Both the position numbers and the translations under genes were made by a program. From Camelus ferus (taxonomy: Eukaryota), in assembly GCF_009834535.1 (NCBI RefSeq), contig NC_045696.1, positions 110,052,001-110,116,000 of the forward strand: a stretch of 64,000 nt of DNA, read 5' to 3'. Below are positions 50,755 through 64,000 of the stretch, piece after piece (the first letter of the stretch is position 1; each line of letters starts with the position of its first letter). The notes beneath the pieces were generated by a model. That model was given only the letters and a program-made list of their open reading frames with translations. It made no database searches and had not been told where the DNA came from.

Positions 50755-53700
50755 ATGCAATTTATTGTTAATAAGTAACTTGTATCAACGGCAGAAGCGT
50801 TTTTACATCTTACTCTGTATAAATGCATAAAAAAATTTTTCCCACAAGATAATGTGCATTCCCTGTGTACACTGCTATGTACTTTTTTCAATTTGGTATC
50901 CTGGCTGGATACATTAATGATCTCCTACGTGGACTTTAAAATATATTTGTTACTAATGATATTTTCAGTAGAAATGCTTGCATTGTGAAAGCAAAATTAA
51001 CAAAAAGAAGTGACTCTCACAAGACCCCCCTAAAATAACCAGGGTTGTCACACTTAGCTGCAAAACCTGGTCACATCCACAATGTATCAGCAATGCCAAG
51101 TGTGGTACCTGGTACACAGTAATCATTAACAGCTGAACAGTATCAGGTTAAAGGTTTTGTCCATGTCATGTGGCCAGTGAGTTGCAGAGTTAGGATGCTC
51201 CCCAAGCTAGGACTCTCACTACAAGTTCAGTGTTCCTTTTATGCCACACTGCCTCCTGCTGGCCCCTTAAGCTCTAATACGTACAAAGCTCTTCATTCAT
51301 TCTCACCAGTAAGAGGCTTCACTGTTCAGTTCAGGGACTCCCCTGAGTCAACGTGTCAGCCTTCCTATACATGGCTCATGAGACTGGTTGGGTCAAAGGC
51401 TGTGTTAAACCATTGATGTGTTCTGTTACCTGAAGAACTAGCCCTTAGAGGAGACAAGAAACTCATTGTGGTGTTAGATCAAGTCAGGGAGAAGTCTACA
51501 CCCCTTGCTGTGACTTGACACTTGGTCTTGTCTGTTGAGATTAGTAAAATTATTCTTGCCACACAGTAGAAAAAGGCACTAAATAGAGTTCACGCAAAAG
51601 CAGGCACATCAAGATAGTTGTGACGGCTGCTCTATAAATTAATCTGATTTGAGAGACCAATTCTAGTGCAAGGAAAGGGAAAGGAACGTTATGTAGAGAC
51701 AGTTAAACTGTGCCTCTCTGATTGCAAGTTACAAGATAAAACCTAGGTGAGGGTAACCAGAAATAGGGAAAATCCTAGCTTGGGATAGTGAGATAACTGA
51801 AGAGCAGGAGCTTGAAGCTGAAACACATAGCTGTCAGAGAAGAGACCCCTGGTAAGGGTCAAAATGGGGCTTTTGCCAGCTGCCCATGCTTCGGAAACCT
51901 GGTGATCAGTGCTGATTTGACTCAGAGAGGAGAAAGGTGAGAGCAGAGGAGAATGCTCCATCTGGGAGCAAACTTCTTCAAAGACTCATAGATTCAGGCC
52001 ACCAAGCATCACCCCTGACCGCTCCTGGAGGCAACGGGCTGAAATACCCTCCCTCTCCTACAGCCTTCAACGCTGTGGCTTATTGATCCTCCTGATCTGA
52101 TTTGCCTGGTGCAGAGAGGCTTGGGGGATCAGGGGCAGCAGTGTGAGCTCCTGAATGACTGTCCCCAGGCTGGAGTCCCAGATGGCCTGGCCAGGGTGAA
52201 CAGGAACAGCCTTTCTGCCCCTACCCCTCCAGAGAATTGCCCCCTGCAATTCTCTGCCCTCCTTACCCAACCCTCCTTGACGTGCATGTATGAGGAACGT
52301 GGGGCAAGTTACCCAGCGCTGGTGTAAGCTGGGCTGCGAAGCCCTCTGCCATCCAGGGGATCATGTGTGGTTCCCACACCTCTCCTGGCTGTCACCTTCC
52401 TTGTCTGGCCTCTTCCCCACTGGATGAGGAAGATAATGGCCACTTTAAATGTCCATTTACTCTAAGAGGATGGGTGAGAAGAAAAGGAAAGCAAGGCAAG
52501 AAGCCAGTAGCCCATTTCAGAAAAAGGGTCCCCGACCTCTGTCTTCTAGTCTCTCTTCCCCTCATGAATATTTATGTCTAACTTCCTCCCTTGGCACTCT
52601 CTGGGGGACGGCTGCCAAGAGGCTCAGGACTGTGGCAGGTAGAAATGGGGGAGAAGTGTCAGGCATGTGATTGGAAGGCAGGCCACAGCTTCTTTGGATG
52701 CAGACCTCTGGCCAAAATCTAGATGGGGTGGAAGAAAACCCCAGCCCCAGATGTTACGATAATGCCCACATCACCTTTTGGAATCCACATTCCCAACTGT
52801 TTCATATGCTGCCAGAAATAGAATGCAGCTGGGAGCTCTGAGCCGTGCTCTTCTGCAAGTCATTCAACTGCATACAAATGATAGCTATTATCCAGCCGGG
52901 ATCCCCCAGGGAAATGATTTCTAGTCCCAACTCCTCTCATAACCTGATGAGTCAGTTGAGGTCATCCGGTTGGAGCAGTGTGGGCTCCGGGAAGCTGCTC
53001 TGGCAGACCTGGCCATTTGCAGGGTAGAGCCCTGCTTCCCCAACCATGCCCTGTCACCTCAAGGGTCTTGCAACATGTGCTGGAACCGAGGGAGCTGAAC
53101 AGAGAGCACTGATGGCCCTCAAAGCTGGAACCCACTACTGGAGAAAAAGTCAGGAGGTAAAGTGGGACCCGGCCCGGCTGGAGGGACCAGGGTCGCTGTT
53201 AGGACTGGGCAGTCAGATCGCTCTTCACCTCGGTCTGTCAGGCTCCCTGGCATCACGTTCTTTTCTCTGCCTCTAACTGTTCCCCTTCCCTTTTAGGTTC
53301 AGTTTTTAATCCACAGTAGTTAAAAATGAAATAATAAAGTGAGTGAAGAGCTACCTTTAATCAGAGCCAGTGAGGTTCTGAGAGAGGATGAGCTCTGTGA
53401 TAGGAGACACCTCCTCCAGTCCTGGGTCCAGAGCTTTGTAGCAGGACACCAAGAATGAGGGTATTTACCGCCTGTGTATTAAGTTCCTCATAAAAGCTCC
53501 TGTGATTCAATGCTACCCAAGTAGAGCTATTTAGCACAGTCTTTCTTAAGCACCATTCCGTTCAGAAGTGACTAAGATCTTTATTCGGTTTCCCTTTTTC
53601 ACTGTGTGTGTAGCAGTTACAAAACTGTTCATCTGTGATAACCCCAGTCTCACCTCCGCCACCCCCATCCCAGGTTTCAAGCCTGCCTGTCTGACTCCTG

Positions 53701-54104
53701 CCTTTTTGTGATGCTGATTCAGAAAATGGGTCCAACACCTGGAGGTGCTCAGCCAGGCCACAGGCCTTTAAGGAGCGCTCTTTGGTTGGGAGTTGGCCAG
53801 GGGAGAGGAAGAGAAAATGGGTGGCGTGGCTGTCATGAGTGTCAGATGCTGTGAGCAACAGAGACGGCAAGACAGGATTTTAACGTATTATTATTATCAA
53901 TTATATTAGTATTATAAAAATATACCCTCCAACCTTGGCCATTTTCTTGAGGGTAGGAGTGAAGTTTTTAGTTGCTTTCAGTCATATTATTCTGCTGGGT
54001 ATCTGCTTCTCTGAGCATGTCACCGCACAGAATCAGGACCAAATGGAACTTCAGTTATATTAAGGTCCCACCTGTTTGTTTTTCAGTAATATAATTTATA
54101 ATAA

Positions 54105-54770
54105 CAGTGAACATTTATTGGGCACTTACCACGTGTCATTCATTCAGTAAATATTAACTTCCCACCTACTATGTTCTGGACCCTATTCTAGGCTCTGGGG
54201 AAACAAGAAGAACAGGCCACAAAAGGTCCCTGTCTTCATGGAGTGATTTTCTAATGGGAGAAGAGAGAGAATGAAAAGGTGAGTAAACAAGAGACAAAAA
54301 GAGGGCCTTTTAGACTCTGGGCAATTAAAGAATGCCTCTTTGAGGACGTTAAGCTGGGCTCTAATGCTGTGAAGAGCTCAGTCACGTGAAGGTCAGTGAG
54401 TGAGCACCTCAGGAAGCAGAAACAGCTCGTACACAAGGGCCGATGTCAGCAGGTACTTGGAGTATTAAAGGAGGCAGAAGGTCGGTGTGGCTGAGCAAAG
54501 GGGACAAGACTGTAAAATATGACATCTGGGATGGAGGCAGGGTCCAGATCAGGCTACAAAGGCAGGGGTGAGGCCACACAGTTGGGTTTTGTGTGGCAAA
54601 ATTGAGAAGTCACTGGAGGACTTTAAGCAAGGAAGTGATGAGATATAATTTTCATTTTTAGAAGATCATATTGGGTTTTATACAGAAAATAGCTTTCGGG
54701 GGGGGGGGGCAGGGTGAAAGCAGGAAGGCCAGGTAGGCAACCATTATAGAGACCCAGGTGACAGGGTAGC
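54105..54770 (-). mobile_element. L2 fragment
   Basis: cattcattcagtaaatatt...tattctaggctctgggg...gaagtcactggaggactttaagca...tttagaagatca. Confidence 0.8.
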
Positions 54771-55584
54771 CTTAATGTCACATGCCATGCTTTCCATGCC
54801 TGCTGTTCATTAACTCCTCAGTCGCCCAAAAAGGTATATGAAATCACACAAGGACTAGGGCTTGGCATAAGGCTAGTGCTGGACCGACCCAGATACAGAA
54901 GCAGGGCAGGAGGGCTGGGCTGAGGGGCTGGCAAGCGCAGGCTGACAGGTCTGTAAGGGCAACAGAAGTCTGGAGGCATGGCCAGGCGATTAGTGACAGC
55001 AAAGCGTGGTCAGCTGATGACGTCCCCCCTGGAAGAAGCTCCATTTGTTTTTCTACACGTGGAAAACATTCAAAGATGGCAGCCCAAGGCGGCCAGCCCA
55101 GCCTTACTCTCACTAGGGCTCCTGACCCCAGGGTCCAGGGCTAGCTAAAATATTTTTAATCTGTGTCTGGGGGAGCAGTGTTCAACCTCACTGAATGAGT
55201 CCTGGGGCTTGGGGACTTCCAGGACCTCAGTATGCGAACCAGGCCTTGTTTGCTTCCTGGTGGCAGAATGGAGTACCCTCTGGACGCCCTTTTCCCAAGT
55301 TCCTTCCTGAAACTTTTCTTCCCGTGACAAAGACCTAAAATCTATAGTTAAAGGCCATGGTGCCCCTTTTAGGTACCTTCCCCTTTCATTGCTTCAGTTT
55401 TCACAAAAACCTCAGCTTCCTGCTGAGGCTGGTGTTTCAATGTTAAATGAGTGACACCAAGTAAATGGGAACAAAAGTTAATTACTGAGGCAGTCCAAGT
55501 CTAGTATGTTAATTACATGTTGAGAAGTCACCATGCTCCCCAAGCCACAAAGTTGGGAAGACCTATTACTTTGTTTGCTTGTTT

Positions 55585-55695
55585 CTTTACTTCCTTCCTC
55601 TGTCTTCCTCCTTCCCTTCTTATCCCCTCTCTCCATCTCTCTCTCTCTCCCCCCTTGCCTTCCCTCCCTCTCCTTTCTCTTCCCTCACCCTCCTT
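55585..55695 (+). repeat. CT-rich low-complexity (polypyrimidine/polypurine) tract
   Basis: ~110 nt almost entirely C/T. Confidence 0.85.
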
Positions 55696-56249
55696 AAGCC
55701 AACAGTAAGTAATGTCAATCATGCCAGAAAAAGGTTTCTTTCAATCTAGGATTCCAGATCCTATGCCTGTTTAAATGGATGTAGAGAAATGAAGGGAGAG
55801 GGTTGGGTCAATTCAGAGGCCTATCTCAAAATCTGATTTTGTTCACAGTTAAGCAAGTTATATTAAAATATAATTTAGGTTAAAAAAATTCTAGCAAATG
55901 ACATGTCAACCTTCAAAGCACTCCAGCTAACATGTGTTCCCTCCTACAATAAGCAGAAGTTGGCAATGAAGTTGTAGAAGAGAACACGGGGCTGGCAGGT
56001 CAAAAATCAGAGCTGTGGCTCTGACAATTACTTGTGAGGGCTTGCGCAAATCTCTCCAGCCCTCCAGACCTTTGTTTCCTGGCTTATGTAACAAGGGAGC
56101 CAGGCCAAGGTGCTCCCTAAATTCAATTCTAGCCTTAAAAAGGATCTGAGTATTCTTTTAAAGTCAAGGAACATGTGAAATGGAGATTACAGATGACAAG
56201 TGGTTTAATATATATGGAGTTACTCCTGTTTAAGCTTTAGGCTTCTAAC

Positions 56250-56782
56250 CGTTGAGCTGCACCCCGCAGGACTGAAAGCTCTGCACTTGTCAGTCTCAAG
56301 ACAGAAAAGCCCGGAGTCGGTGACAGATACATAGACGGTTTAATGGTGGAGGCAGGGGGTGGGGTGGGGTCTTACATGTCTGAAGCAATGTCCTGGAGCG
56401 ACACCCTACTGTGTGTAGCAGACAGCGGGCAGGACTTGGCAGCAGGCTTCATTCCCGGGGGAGGGGGAGAGGGTGGTTACCAGTTATAGTGGGAATTGAC
56501 GTCAGTCAGGTTGGCTCATCGGTTACCAGGGAAACTAGCTGAGCAGCAGGTCCTTCACTGCCCCTTTGATAAGCTATCATGGCAGAGATGTTCTGATCTA
56601 AAGATTAGAACTGTCACTAGCTGGGGCTGGGGCAAGTATGTAGGCATTTACTGATTGGGATCCTTGATAAAGAGGGAAGGTCAGTCACGTGAGTAGGTGT
56701 AGCTGAAGCAGGAGACAGGGAGCAAGAGAGCAGCCATCTTGGGTGCCCTGACCAGACGCTAACAGAGGTCCTTTGCACAACA
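56250..56782 (-). mobile_element. Solo ERV LTR (family not recognised)
   Basis: Ends (C)GTTG...CAACA; ATTAAA on minus strand at ~56340; TSD not clear. Confidence 0.6.
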
Positions 56783-57459
56783 TCATAAATCCGGGTGAGG
56801 GGGTGGAGGGGAGAGATGGAATGCTGATACAACTACCTCACTCAAAGCTGCTCCATTCTTTTCTTTCATCCCAAGGTCCATACCTACTGCAAGATGGTCA
56901 GTCTCTACCCGCTCTTGCCCTGCAAGTGCCCGGGATTTGGATAATGGAAGTGAAAATATGCAAAACCGCTCAGCAAAATGCATTCTCACTTGCTAAAACT
57001 GCATAAACAACCCAGAATAAAAATGGAGTGTTGTTTTAGACCCACGCCCAACTCTTCAGGCGTGGCTATGGTTTAAAAACTGGAACCACGTAACGTGTTC
57101 CTGCACTCTCACACCCGGACCCACTAACCAACCAAACACAGTTGTTTCTTCACGTGATTCCACTGAATGCTGCCAGTTCCTCTTCCCCAACAGCTCCACT
57201 TGCCAGAACCAGCTCCTCCTTCATCATGGAGTGCTGGGAACTCCTGACTCCAGCCGGCAAACACTGATTCCCCTGCGCATTAGACCCTCATGAGCTCAAG
57301 GACTTTAACCTGAAGCTGAGTGATGCACCTAAGGTGAAGCGGGCCCTCAGGCAAGTCTACCTACCCTGGAGGATGCCTTCTGCCAAATGAAACAGAAAGA
57401 GACTTCACCTAGATTGAGAAAGAATTCAGAAAAAGAGAAAAGTGGAGGCATAATGAAAG

Positions 57460-57710
57460 GGTACAGACAGCAGTTAAAGGAAAGAGGCCCCAGAGCCACA
57501 TGGCCTGGGTCTGAGTCCCAGCTCTGCCAGTATTGGCCACATGACACTGGGTAACTTATTGAACCTCTCCATGACTCAGTTTCCTCATCTGAAAAATGGG
57601 AATGCAACAGTACTCACTCATAGGGTTGTTGTAAGAAGTAAGTTAACAAGAACATGTGGAACAATGCCTGGCCCAGAGCTAGAGCTTGTACGTGTTCCTC
57701 ATCATCATCA
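57460..57710 (+). mobile_element. MIR
   Basis: cctgggtctgagtcccagctctgcca...ctcagtttcctcatctgaaaaatggg...catagggttgttgtaag. Confidence 0.85.
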
Positions 57711-57736
57711 CTGCGGTTTCTTAAAACCGAACCTAA

Positions 57737-58250
57737 CAATAGCCAGGACATGGAAACAACCTGAATGTCCATCGACAGATGGCTGGATAAAGAAGCAGTG
57801 GTATATTTATTCAATAGAATACTACTCAGCCATGAAAAATAATAAAACAATGCCATTTGGATGGACCTGGAGAATATCATTCTAAGTGGAGTAAGCCAGA
57901 AAGAAATAAAAATATCATATGATATCACTTATATGTGGAATCTAAAAATCAAAAAAAACCTTTATTCACAAAATAGAAACAGACTCACAGACACAGAAAA
58001 CAAACTTATGGTTATTGAGGGGGTAAGAGGGTAGTAAGGGATAAATTGGGAGTTGTAGATACTAATATACATAAAATATATAAACCACAAGGTCCTGCTG
58101 TATAGCACAGGGAACTATATTCAGTATCTTGTAGTAAACCACGGTGAAAAAGAGTATGAAAATGAATATATGTATGTTCCTATATGACTGAAGCAGTGTG
58201 CTGTACACCAGAAATTGACACAACATTGTAAACTGACTATAATTCAAAAA
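57737..58250 (+). mobile_element. 5'-truncated lineage-specific L1
   Basis: TIARTWKQPECPSTDGWIKK ORF2 tail; TSD AAAACCGAACCTAA/AAAACTGAACATAA at 57723-57736 and 58251-58264, preceded by TT. Confidence 0.92.
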
Positions 58251-59377
58251 AAAACTGAACATAAACTTGTTGTACTATTCTTGGAAAGAATTATACCATA
58301 AATATGCCAAGTAAGGTACCAGAACCCTCAAAGATTAAGTAGTCGGAGGGGTGGAACCCCTTGAGCAGATGGAGGAAAATAAAATAGACATTTAGGGCAT
58401 GGACAAATGCCTCCAAGGAGTCCTGAGGGAACTGCACAGGTGTACAAATGCTTTAAAATATCTAAATTCCAGGAAAATGGGCTGTGGGGATTTACCTAAC
58501 TTAATTAAGAAAACTAGAATAAAAACTAATTTACAGGTGGAAACCACAAAATAGTCATTGTGATGAGCTCCTACTCATCACTGTCAACTGGTATGATAAC
58601 CATGTGGTGCGCTTCACCACCTGGCTTAAACAAGAGACAAACGTGGAGGACAATCTATCTGAAACAGCGGGATGTCACAAGTGAAGATCTGGGGAGAAGA
58701 CGAATGCACTCTGGGGGAAAATGAATGTTTTTCCTTCGTGTATGGCAAGCCTGCATTTTTGCTGTCCTTTTCCAAGTGATTCATCACCTGCTCCGACAGA
58801 TACAGCATAACCGTCACACTCTCCCTGAAAGGGAAAGGCTGGTGGTGTTTACAGCCTGGTAAATATATCTATGGGCTGAGCTCTACTCTGCTGTTTTAGC
58901 CAGCTTTTCACACGCCTTGATTAGCAGCTGGCTGACATTAGCCAGCCATGGGAAAGGTCAACAGGAGACAAGACAGTAACCAGGGACACGGGCCCTGTGA
59001 TAGCATCTCTTATGACTGCCTATTTACTGAGCTAATTCTCACTCAGTGTCCCAGTAGTGCTGGAAGAGGGACATGCTCTCTCTCATTTCCTTCCACACAA
59101 CGCTGCACACACTTGGGGGTGGCCTGCCAAAGTGTCAACAACCGCTCTCCAGGCATGGTTGAATTATAGGCAAATTTCTCTCCTATTAACTCTTCAGCAT
59201 TTAAAAAAAATTGTCTATGAAAAAATTGTCAGTTCTGTGATGTTAAATGTCAAATGTCACTTCTGTGATGTTAAAAAAAAAGGACTGAAAAGTTTGCTTC
59301 CGTAGGCCAACCTACTTCACATCTAACTAATCACTAAGACATATGAAGCACAATAGAGAGAAATGTGGAGGGCAGAA

Positions 59378-59515
59378 CTTTTTGTGTGTTTGGGGTTTTT
59401 TTGGGAGGGGAGGGTGATTAGGTTTATTATTTATTTTTAGAGGAACTACTGGGGATTGAACCCAGGACCTCGTGCATTCCAAGTATGACTCTACCATTTG
59501 AGCTACACCCTCCCC
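59378..59515 (-). mobile_element. tRNA-Ala-derived SINE (same family as 46318), within a MIR relic
   Basis: Reverse strand ggggagggtgtagctcaaatggtagagt...gaggtcctgggttcaatccccagtagttcc...aataaacctaatcacc. Confidence 0.88.
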
Positions 59516-60574
59516 TTTGCATTTGAATCTACAAATGAAGGGAGTTGATAAGACTCACAGGATTGTTAAAAGGATTAAAAGAGACAGCCCATTTGAAAGT
59601 ACCAGTACCATACTCCAGTACCTGGCATATGACATGTAGAATCTGCTCCCCTAAAATGAGTTACTCTGTTCAGTCTAAAAAGACTAAGCACTCAAAATGC
59701 CCATGGCTCTACCTCCAGTGCTGGCACCGACAGTCTTCCAACAGATGCACGCTGCCCAGGGATGGGCTAAAAGTTCATCCAAAGCCGAAGAGAAGCCTCA
59801 TTCACCCGACTCACGCACACCTAGAGAAAGCAATATTCCGTGGAGAGCACTCGAGTCCTCATTCCCATCGATGGCTGGGACCCCCAGGGCTAGGGACAAC
59901 AGTACCACATGCTGACTAAATTCTTTCACACAGAAAAAAGCTCAGTGTCAAGCTGCACTGTCTTAGGCACCATCCAAGAGGTTTGTCATATTGAGGTTCT
60001 TAAAAGTCCTCTTATTCAAAACGCCATTCCTTGCATGGCTCTCAAGCACAGGCTCACTCAGGTGGTCTAAAATGGGCCCGATTTTCTCTCACAAAGAGAG
60101 GAAAGCATGTCAGGTAAAGTAAGAACTTGAAACCCAAGTAAGAGTACACTTTGCCTAAAAGAAGACCCACTCTTGTAGTAGTAACTACAGACTAAACTTT
60201 TTTAAAGAAATAAATATATACAATAAAGGTGAACTGCCTTTTGTTATTTTTCAGCTACTCTTCAAAATAGCGTTATAGTCAAATAGATATTTTGTCCTGA
60301 CCAGTAACTTACTGTCAATTAAACTATTCTGTTTTGAAAAATAAACAGAAAAGCCCAGTTTTGTTCTTGTTATGTAGATACCTTAAATACCTGACAGGAA
60401 AGATGAAAAAAAGAAAAAAGAAAGGCATGACTGGTTTGAGACCAGCATCTTTTGTGAAAAAGTGGAGTTAGCAAAGATGTAAACAACTCCAACAGGAAAC
60501 AGACAGTGCCAGTACGACATACCTAGACTCTGAACACACAGGTACTCAAGTAATACTAAGGATGAATGATACAC

Positions 60575-60975
60575 GGTCTGGTCAGAGTGTACAAGAAGAT
60601 GATGCTACAGTAACAACCCCAGATCTTATTACTTTCATATGACACAAATGTATTTCTTGCTCATGCTCAATGCTCAGCATTAGTAGGCTGACGGTTCTGC
60701 TCATCATGGCCACTCAAGGGACCATGTTGATTTAAGACCCAGTGATGCTTCCACAATCACAGTGGCAGAGCAAGAAGGGAGAAAGTAGTGAACATACACA
60801 GGGTGTTAAAGTTTCTACCTGGAACTGACAAATTGTCCACTTGGGCTCACATTTCATTGACCAGAGTAAGTCACACGGCCATACCTACTTTCATAGGGAG
60901 CAAGGCTGTACAATTCTATCATATGTCTGAAAGGCACCAAGCTGGATACTTCTGGTGGACATCGTTAATCACTAT
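60575..60975 (-). mobile_element. MaLR LTR (MLT1K-like)
   Basis: gctacagtaacaacccc...tatttcttgctcatgct...gctcacatttcattgaccagagtaagtcacacggcca. Confidence 0.75.
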
Positions 60976-60999
60976 CTCAAGTGACAACCTTATCTAAGA

Positions 61000-61140
61000 A
61001 CTTGCAAAGGCCTTTCACACTCATTATCTCATTTATTTCTACTCCACCCTTAATAGTTAGGATTCTATCAGCATCCTTTCTACAAATAAACTAACCACAG
61101 CTCACAGAGATTAAGACTTGCTTAAATCACATAAATAGTT
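61000..61140 (-). mobile_element. MIR fragment
   Basis: tttcacactcattatctcattta...gctcacagagattaagacttgct. Confidence 0.6.
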
Positions 61141-62004
61141 AATTCAAACAGTTTTTGGAACTCCAAATGTTAATCTTTTATTTAAAAAGCTACTGAGGTA
61201 CAATCTTTGCACCCATAATTTGCAGTACAGTCCAATTTGCTATTTATTTGCACTATTTAATCATCAAACACATATTCTGACATTTCTCCTCATGTATATT
61301 ATACATGTACTGTACCTCTAAATAATGTATTTCCTGAGGACATATAGTCATATACTTCTTTGTATTCTCCACAGCATCTCAGCCACTCAAGAATTGTAAA
61401 AGTCAATATATTTGTGTGTCTTGTTTGACTTGTAGAACATCTACAGAATTTCTGTATTTTCTGAACATCAAGGCTGTGCTTTGGACATCACAGAAGAAAG
61501 ATGCCAATTAGATAAATTCAATCAACTACATTATTGTTACGGAGAACTTCAGGCTGCTCCATTTGGAGATGCCCTCCAGATGCTACCTGCCGTGACAGGT
61601 ACAGATGTCACAGGTGTGAAATGTGACCTGCACATGCTTCCCTTTGTCATCCATCATATCACACCACACACTGCTGACAATACATCACTCTTACAACAGC
61701 CTCCACAGATTTGCACAGACTTCCACTTGCCTCTGTTTTGATCCTGAAAGTTCCTCTCTTTGTGAATTCACTAAAAGTCATTTTGCCAACACAATGCTAT
61801 TTCCATAGATCCCCACGGGCAGAATTTCTTCTGAAAACACTGGAATGAATGTAGTTCCCCTGTATGCAGGGTAGGATGGGAAGACTCAAAAACCAAGTGC
61901 TGGATGAGTACCCAAGTCTGAACAAAAAGCAGAGGTGATAATGGTGAAAGCAGTTCTCCACTAGCTTGTCTATTTTGCCTTCATATAACCACAGACTGAA
62001 CTCT

Positions 62005-62170
62005 CCCAGGACATACTGCTTAACTCTTCTCAATTTCCTTGTTTGTAAAAGTGGAATAATCATGGTACTTACTTCATCGGGTTGTTGTGGGATTGGATGA
62101 GGTAATGCAAAAAAAACCACTTAGAGCAAGCTTAATACATGGCAGGCACTCACTAAAGGTTGGTTATTAC
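62005..62170 (+). mobile_element. MIR fragment
   Basis: tctcaatttccttgtttgtaaaagtggaataat...gggttgttgtgggatt...ggcaggcactcactaaa. Confidence 0.75.
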
Positions 62171-64000
62171 TTTCCTTTGAATTTTGTCAAATGCTTCCAC
62201 TTGAGATGGCTGAGCTCAGATATTTACATATAAGGAAATTCTAGGGCTGAGAAGGACATTGGAATCCACCTGCTCCAGAGAAATTCAAGAGATTTGCCTG
62301 GGATCACAGAGTTTATGGCAGAGCCAAGATGGAGTCTGGGTCTCCTGACTGTAATTTTATGTTTAGGAGCAATGACTCATTTAGAATGGAGTTTGACACA
62401 ATAAAGAAGCTGTCTATTTGATTCTGCATGCATCAAAGTTGATTTATTTTGGTTAGTTTTCACTTCTTCTGAAAATCCATCTATAGTTAAAAACAGAGGA
62501 CACACTGATTCCCATCACTGTTAAATTCTGTCTTGAGTACAAAGGGAAACAAACCCAAATATTAAATCAAAGCTCTCCGCAGCCTAGAGGTAGGACTCTA
62601 GTTTGAAATTAGTTCCCTTTTGCTCACCAGTTTAATGACACTGTCAGTTGTTTCTTAATTAAGTCGCCCTTAACTGTTACACCGCATGAATTTTAAGAGC
62701 TAACAGAGATGCTTGCTGTGTTACAATGTATTTTCTAGTGAAATAATTTGAACTGGTTCTCTTTTAAAAGGCTTAGATAAGGGCATTTCAGCAAACAACT
62801 TTAAAGTGTTTCTCCAGGTAATGAGGATCTGGAAATTCCTACAAGTTTCCAGACTCTTCAGACTCTTGACAGTTAAATTCCAGTTCCTCCAAAGTAAGCC
62901 ACTGAATTTTTTTTTATCTGTGAAATAGAAATCATGACTCTTGTAACCCAGAGGGAGACACAGAGGAGCCATGAGACAAAGGAATTACCCAAATAGATGG
63001 TGGCAATTTCCAAAACAGCTATAAAGGTGGATGTACTCTTTTTATTCTTTCTTTCCAAAATCAAATCAGTGTTCACTGGAGAGCAGGTGTTCTATCCTAG
63101 CTTCCCCTTTGCCTTAGGAAGGTTCACCTGAGATACCTTCTGACCCAAATAGATGAAGTGGGCTGAAGTCAGCCTGTGGCTATCACACTGGGAAGCAAAA
63201 AAGAGATATCGCCTCCTCCTGGGGAGAGAGCCTCGTTGAAACAGTAATATGAATTCCCAGCAGACCAACTGTTTGCACAAGAACATGCTATTGCTATTCC
63301 TAAGCAACCAATGCCATTCTCAAAGGCACTGTGAATGGAGAGCTAGCTTCTTCTGTCTCTTGTATCAGAAGTGTGACTTCAGAAGCAGAGAGTTGACTCT
63401 CTGATTAAAAAGAATACTCTACTGGCATCTTGGAAGGACTCACTCAACTGACGAAGTTTGCCCTGAAGTTAAGGAGTCAGATGCCATTTTGATCAATGGG
63501 AGCCTCTATCAATTAGTAAACACATACTCATTCTATTTGTGCAGGTCAGCTGCAGACACACAACAGCACCTCGTCTACTCTGGTTGGTATCTACCGTGTC
63601 ATTCAACTCGCCATTCTCTTACCCAGCCTCTTGTTCTGTGCTGCCATTAGCGCTAAAAGAGATAACTGATTTATGAGGCAACCAAGATACCATGGAATGG
63701 TTAACAAACTTTTACTTGTAGAGAGAAGTTGTCACAAAATTTAATGACAATCTGCAATTAAAAATATTTGGGAACTGCTATATAGTTGCTCTATTGCTAT
63801 TAAACAAACACAAAAGTAAGATTTGGCACTCAAATACCTCATTAAGTTAGCTCAAACTATAAGACTTGTTTTGTTGCAGCGCAATAGGCTCTTTGTTCCT
63901 GTTACTTATTTCCACTGCTTAAAATCCTGGCTTAACGCCAATGACCTCCCCTCACTCCAACTCCAAGTTTCTATCAGACTTTTCTTGGAACATATGACAA

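Larger units (their letters stand above)
22200..64000 (-). other. TMEM108: TMEM108 5'UTR intron upstream of the start-codon exon (partial)
   Basis: Ends in a polypyrimidine tract + AG; no CpG-island promoter or recognisable upstream exon seen. Extent is inferred from the large introns known in the human gene. Confidence 0.75.

Noticed and set aside
1..64000. Novel multi-gene system, CRISPR array, rRNA or intact retroelement
   Set aside because: No regularly spaced repeat array, no long ORFs and no intact gag/pol or L1 ORFs; the content fits a mammalian intron.

Overview
Mammalian genomic DNA, almost certainly camelid (alpaca/camel), judged from the tRNA-Ala-derived SINEs and lineage-type L1 3' ends. 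The window lies inside the TMEM108 gene (transmembrane protein 108/retrolinkin), transcribed on the minus strand. One exon is visible: 86 nt at 22114-22199, holding 46 nt of 5'UTR and the first 40 coding nt (MKRSLQALYCQLL). The ORF track misses it. The rest is large-intron sequence dense in transposon relics: L1, L2, MIR, tRNA-SINE, MaLR/ERV LTRs and hAT/Tigger DNA elements. I see no evidence that any listed ORF is a real gene, and nothing that amounts to a new multi-gene system. The most notable observations are (1) a ~98%-identical 216-bp inverted duplication of apparently unique DNA flanking a 2.1-kb segment, possibly the scar of an inversion or templated insertion; (2) a 13-codon uORF whose stop overlaps the TMEM108 start codon (ATGA); (3) a 25-bp L1 insertion with a 15-bp target-site duplication (TSD); and (4) nested solo LTRs. 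Repeat family names come from recalled consensus sequences, not a database search, and boundaries are approximate unless a TSD is given.
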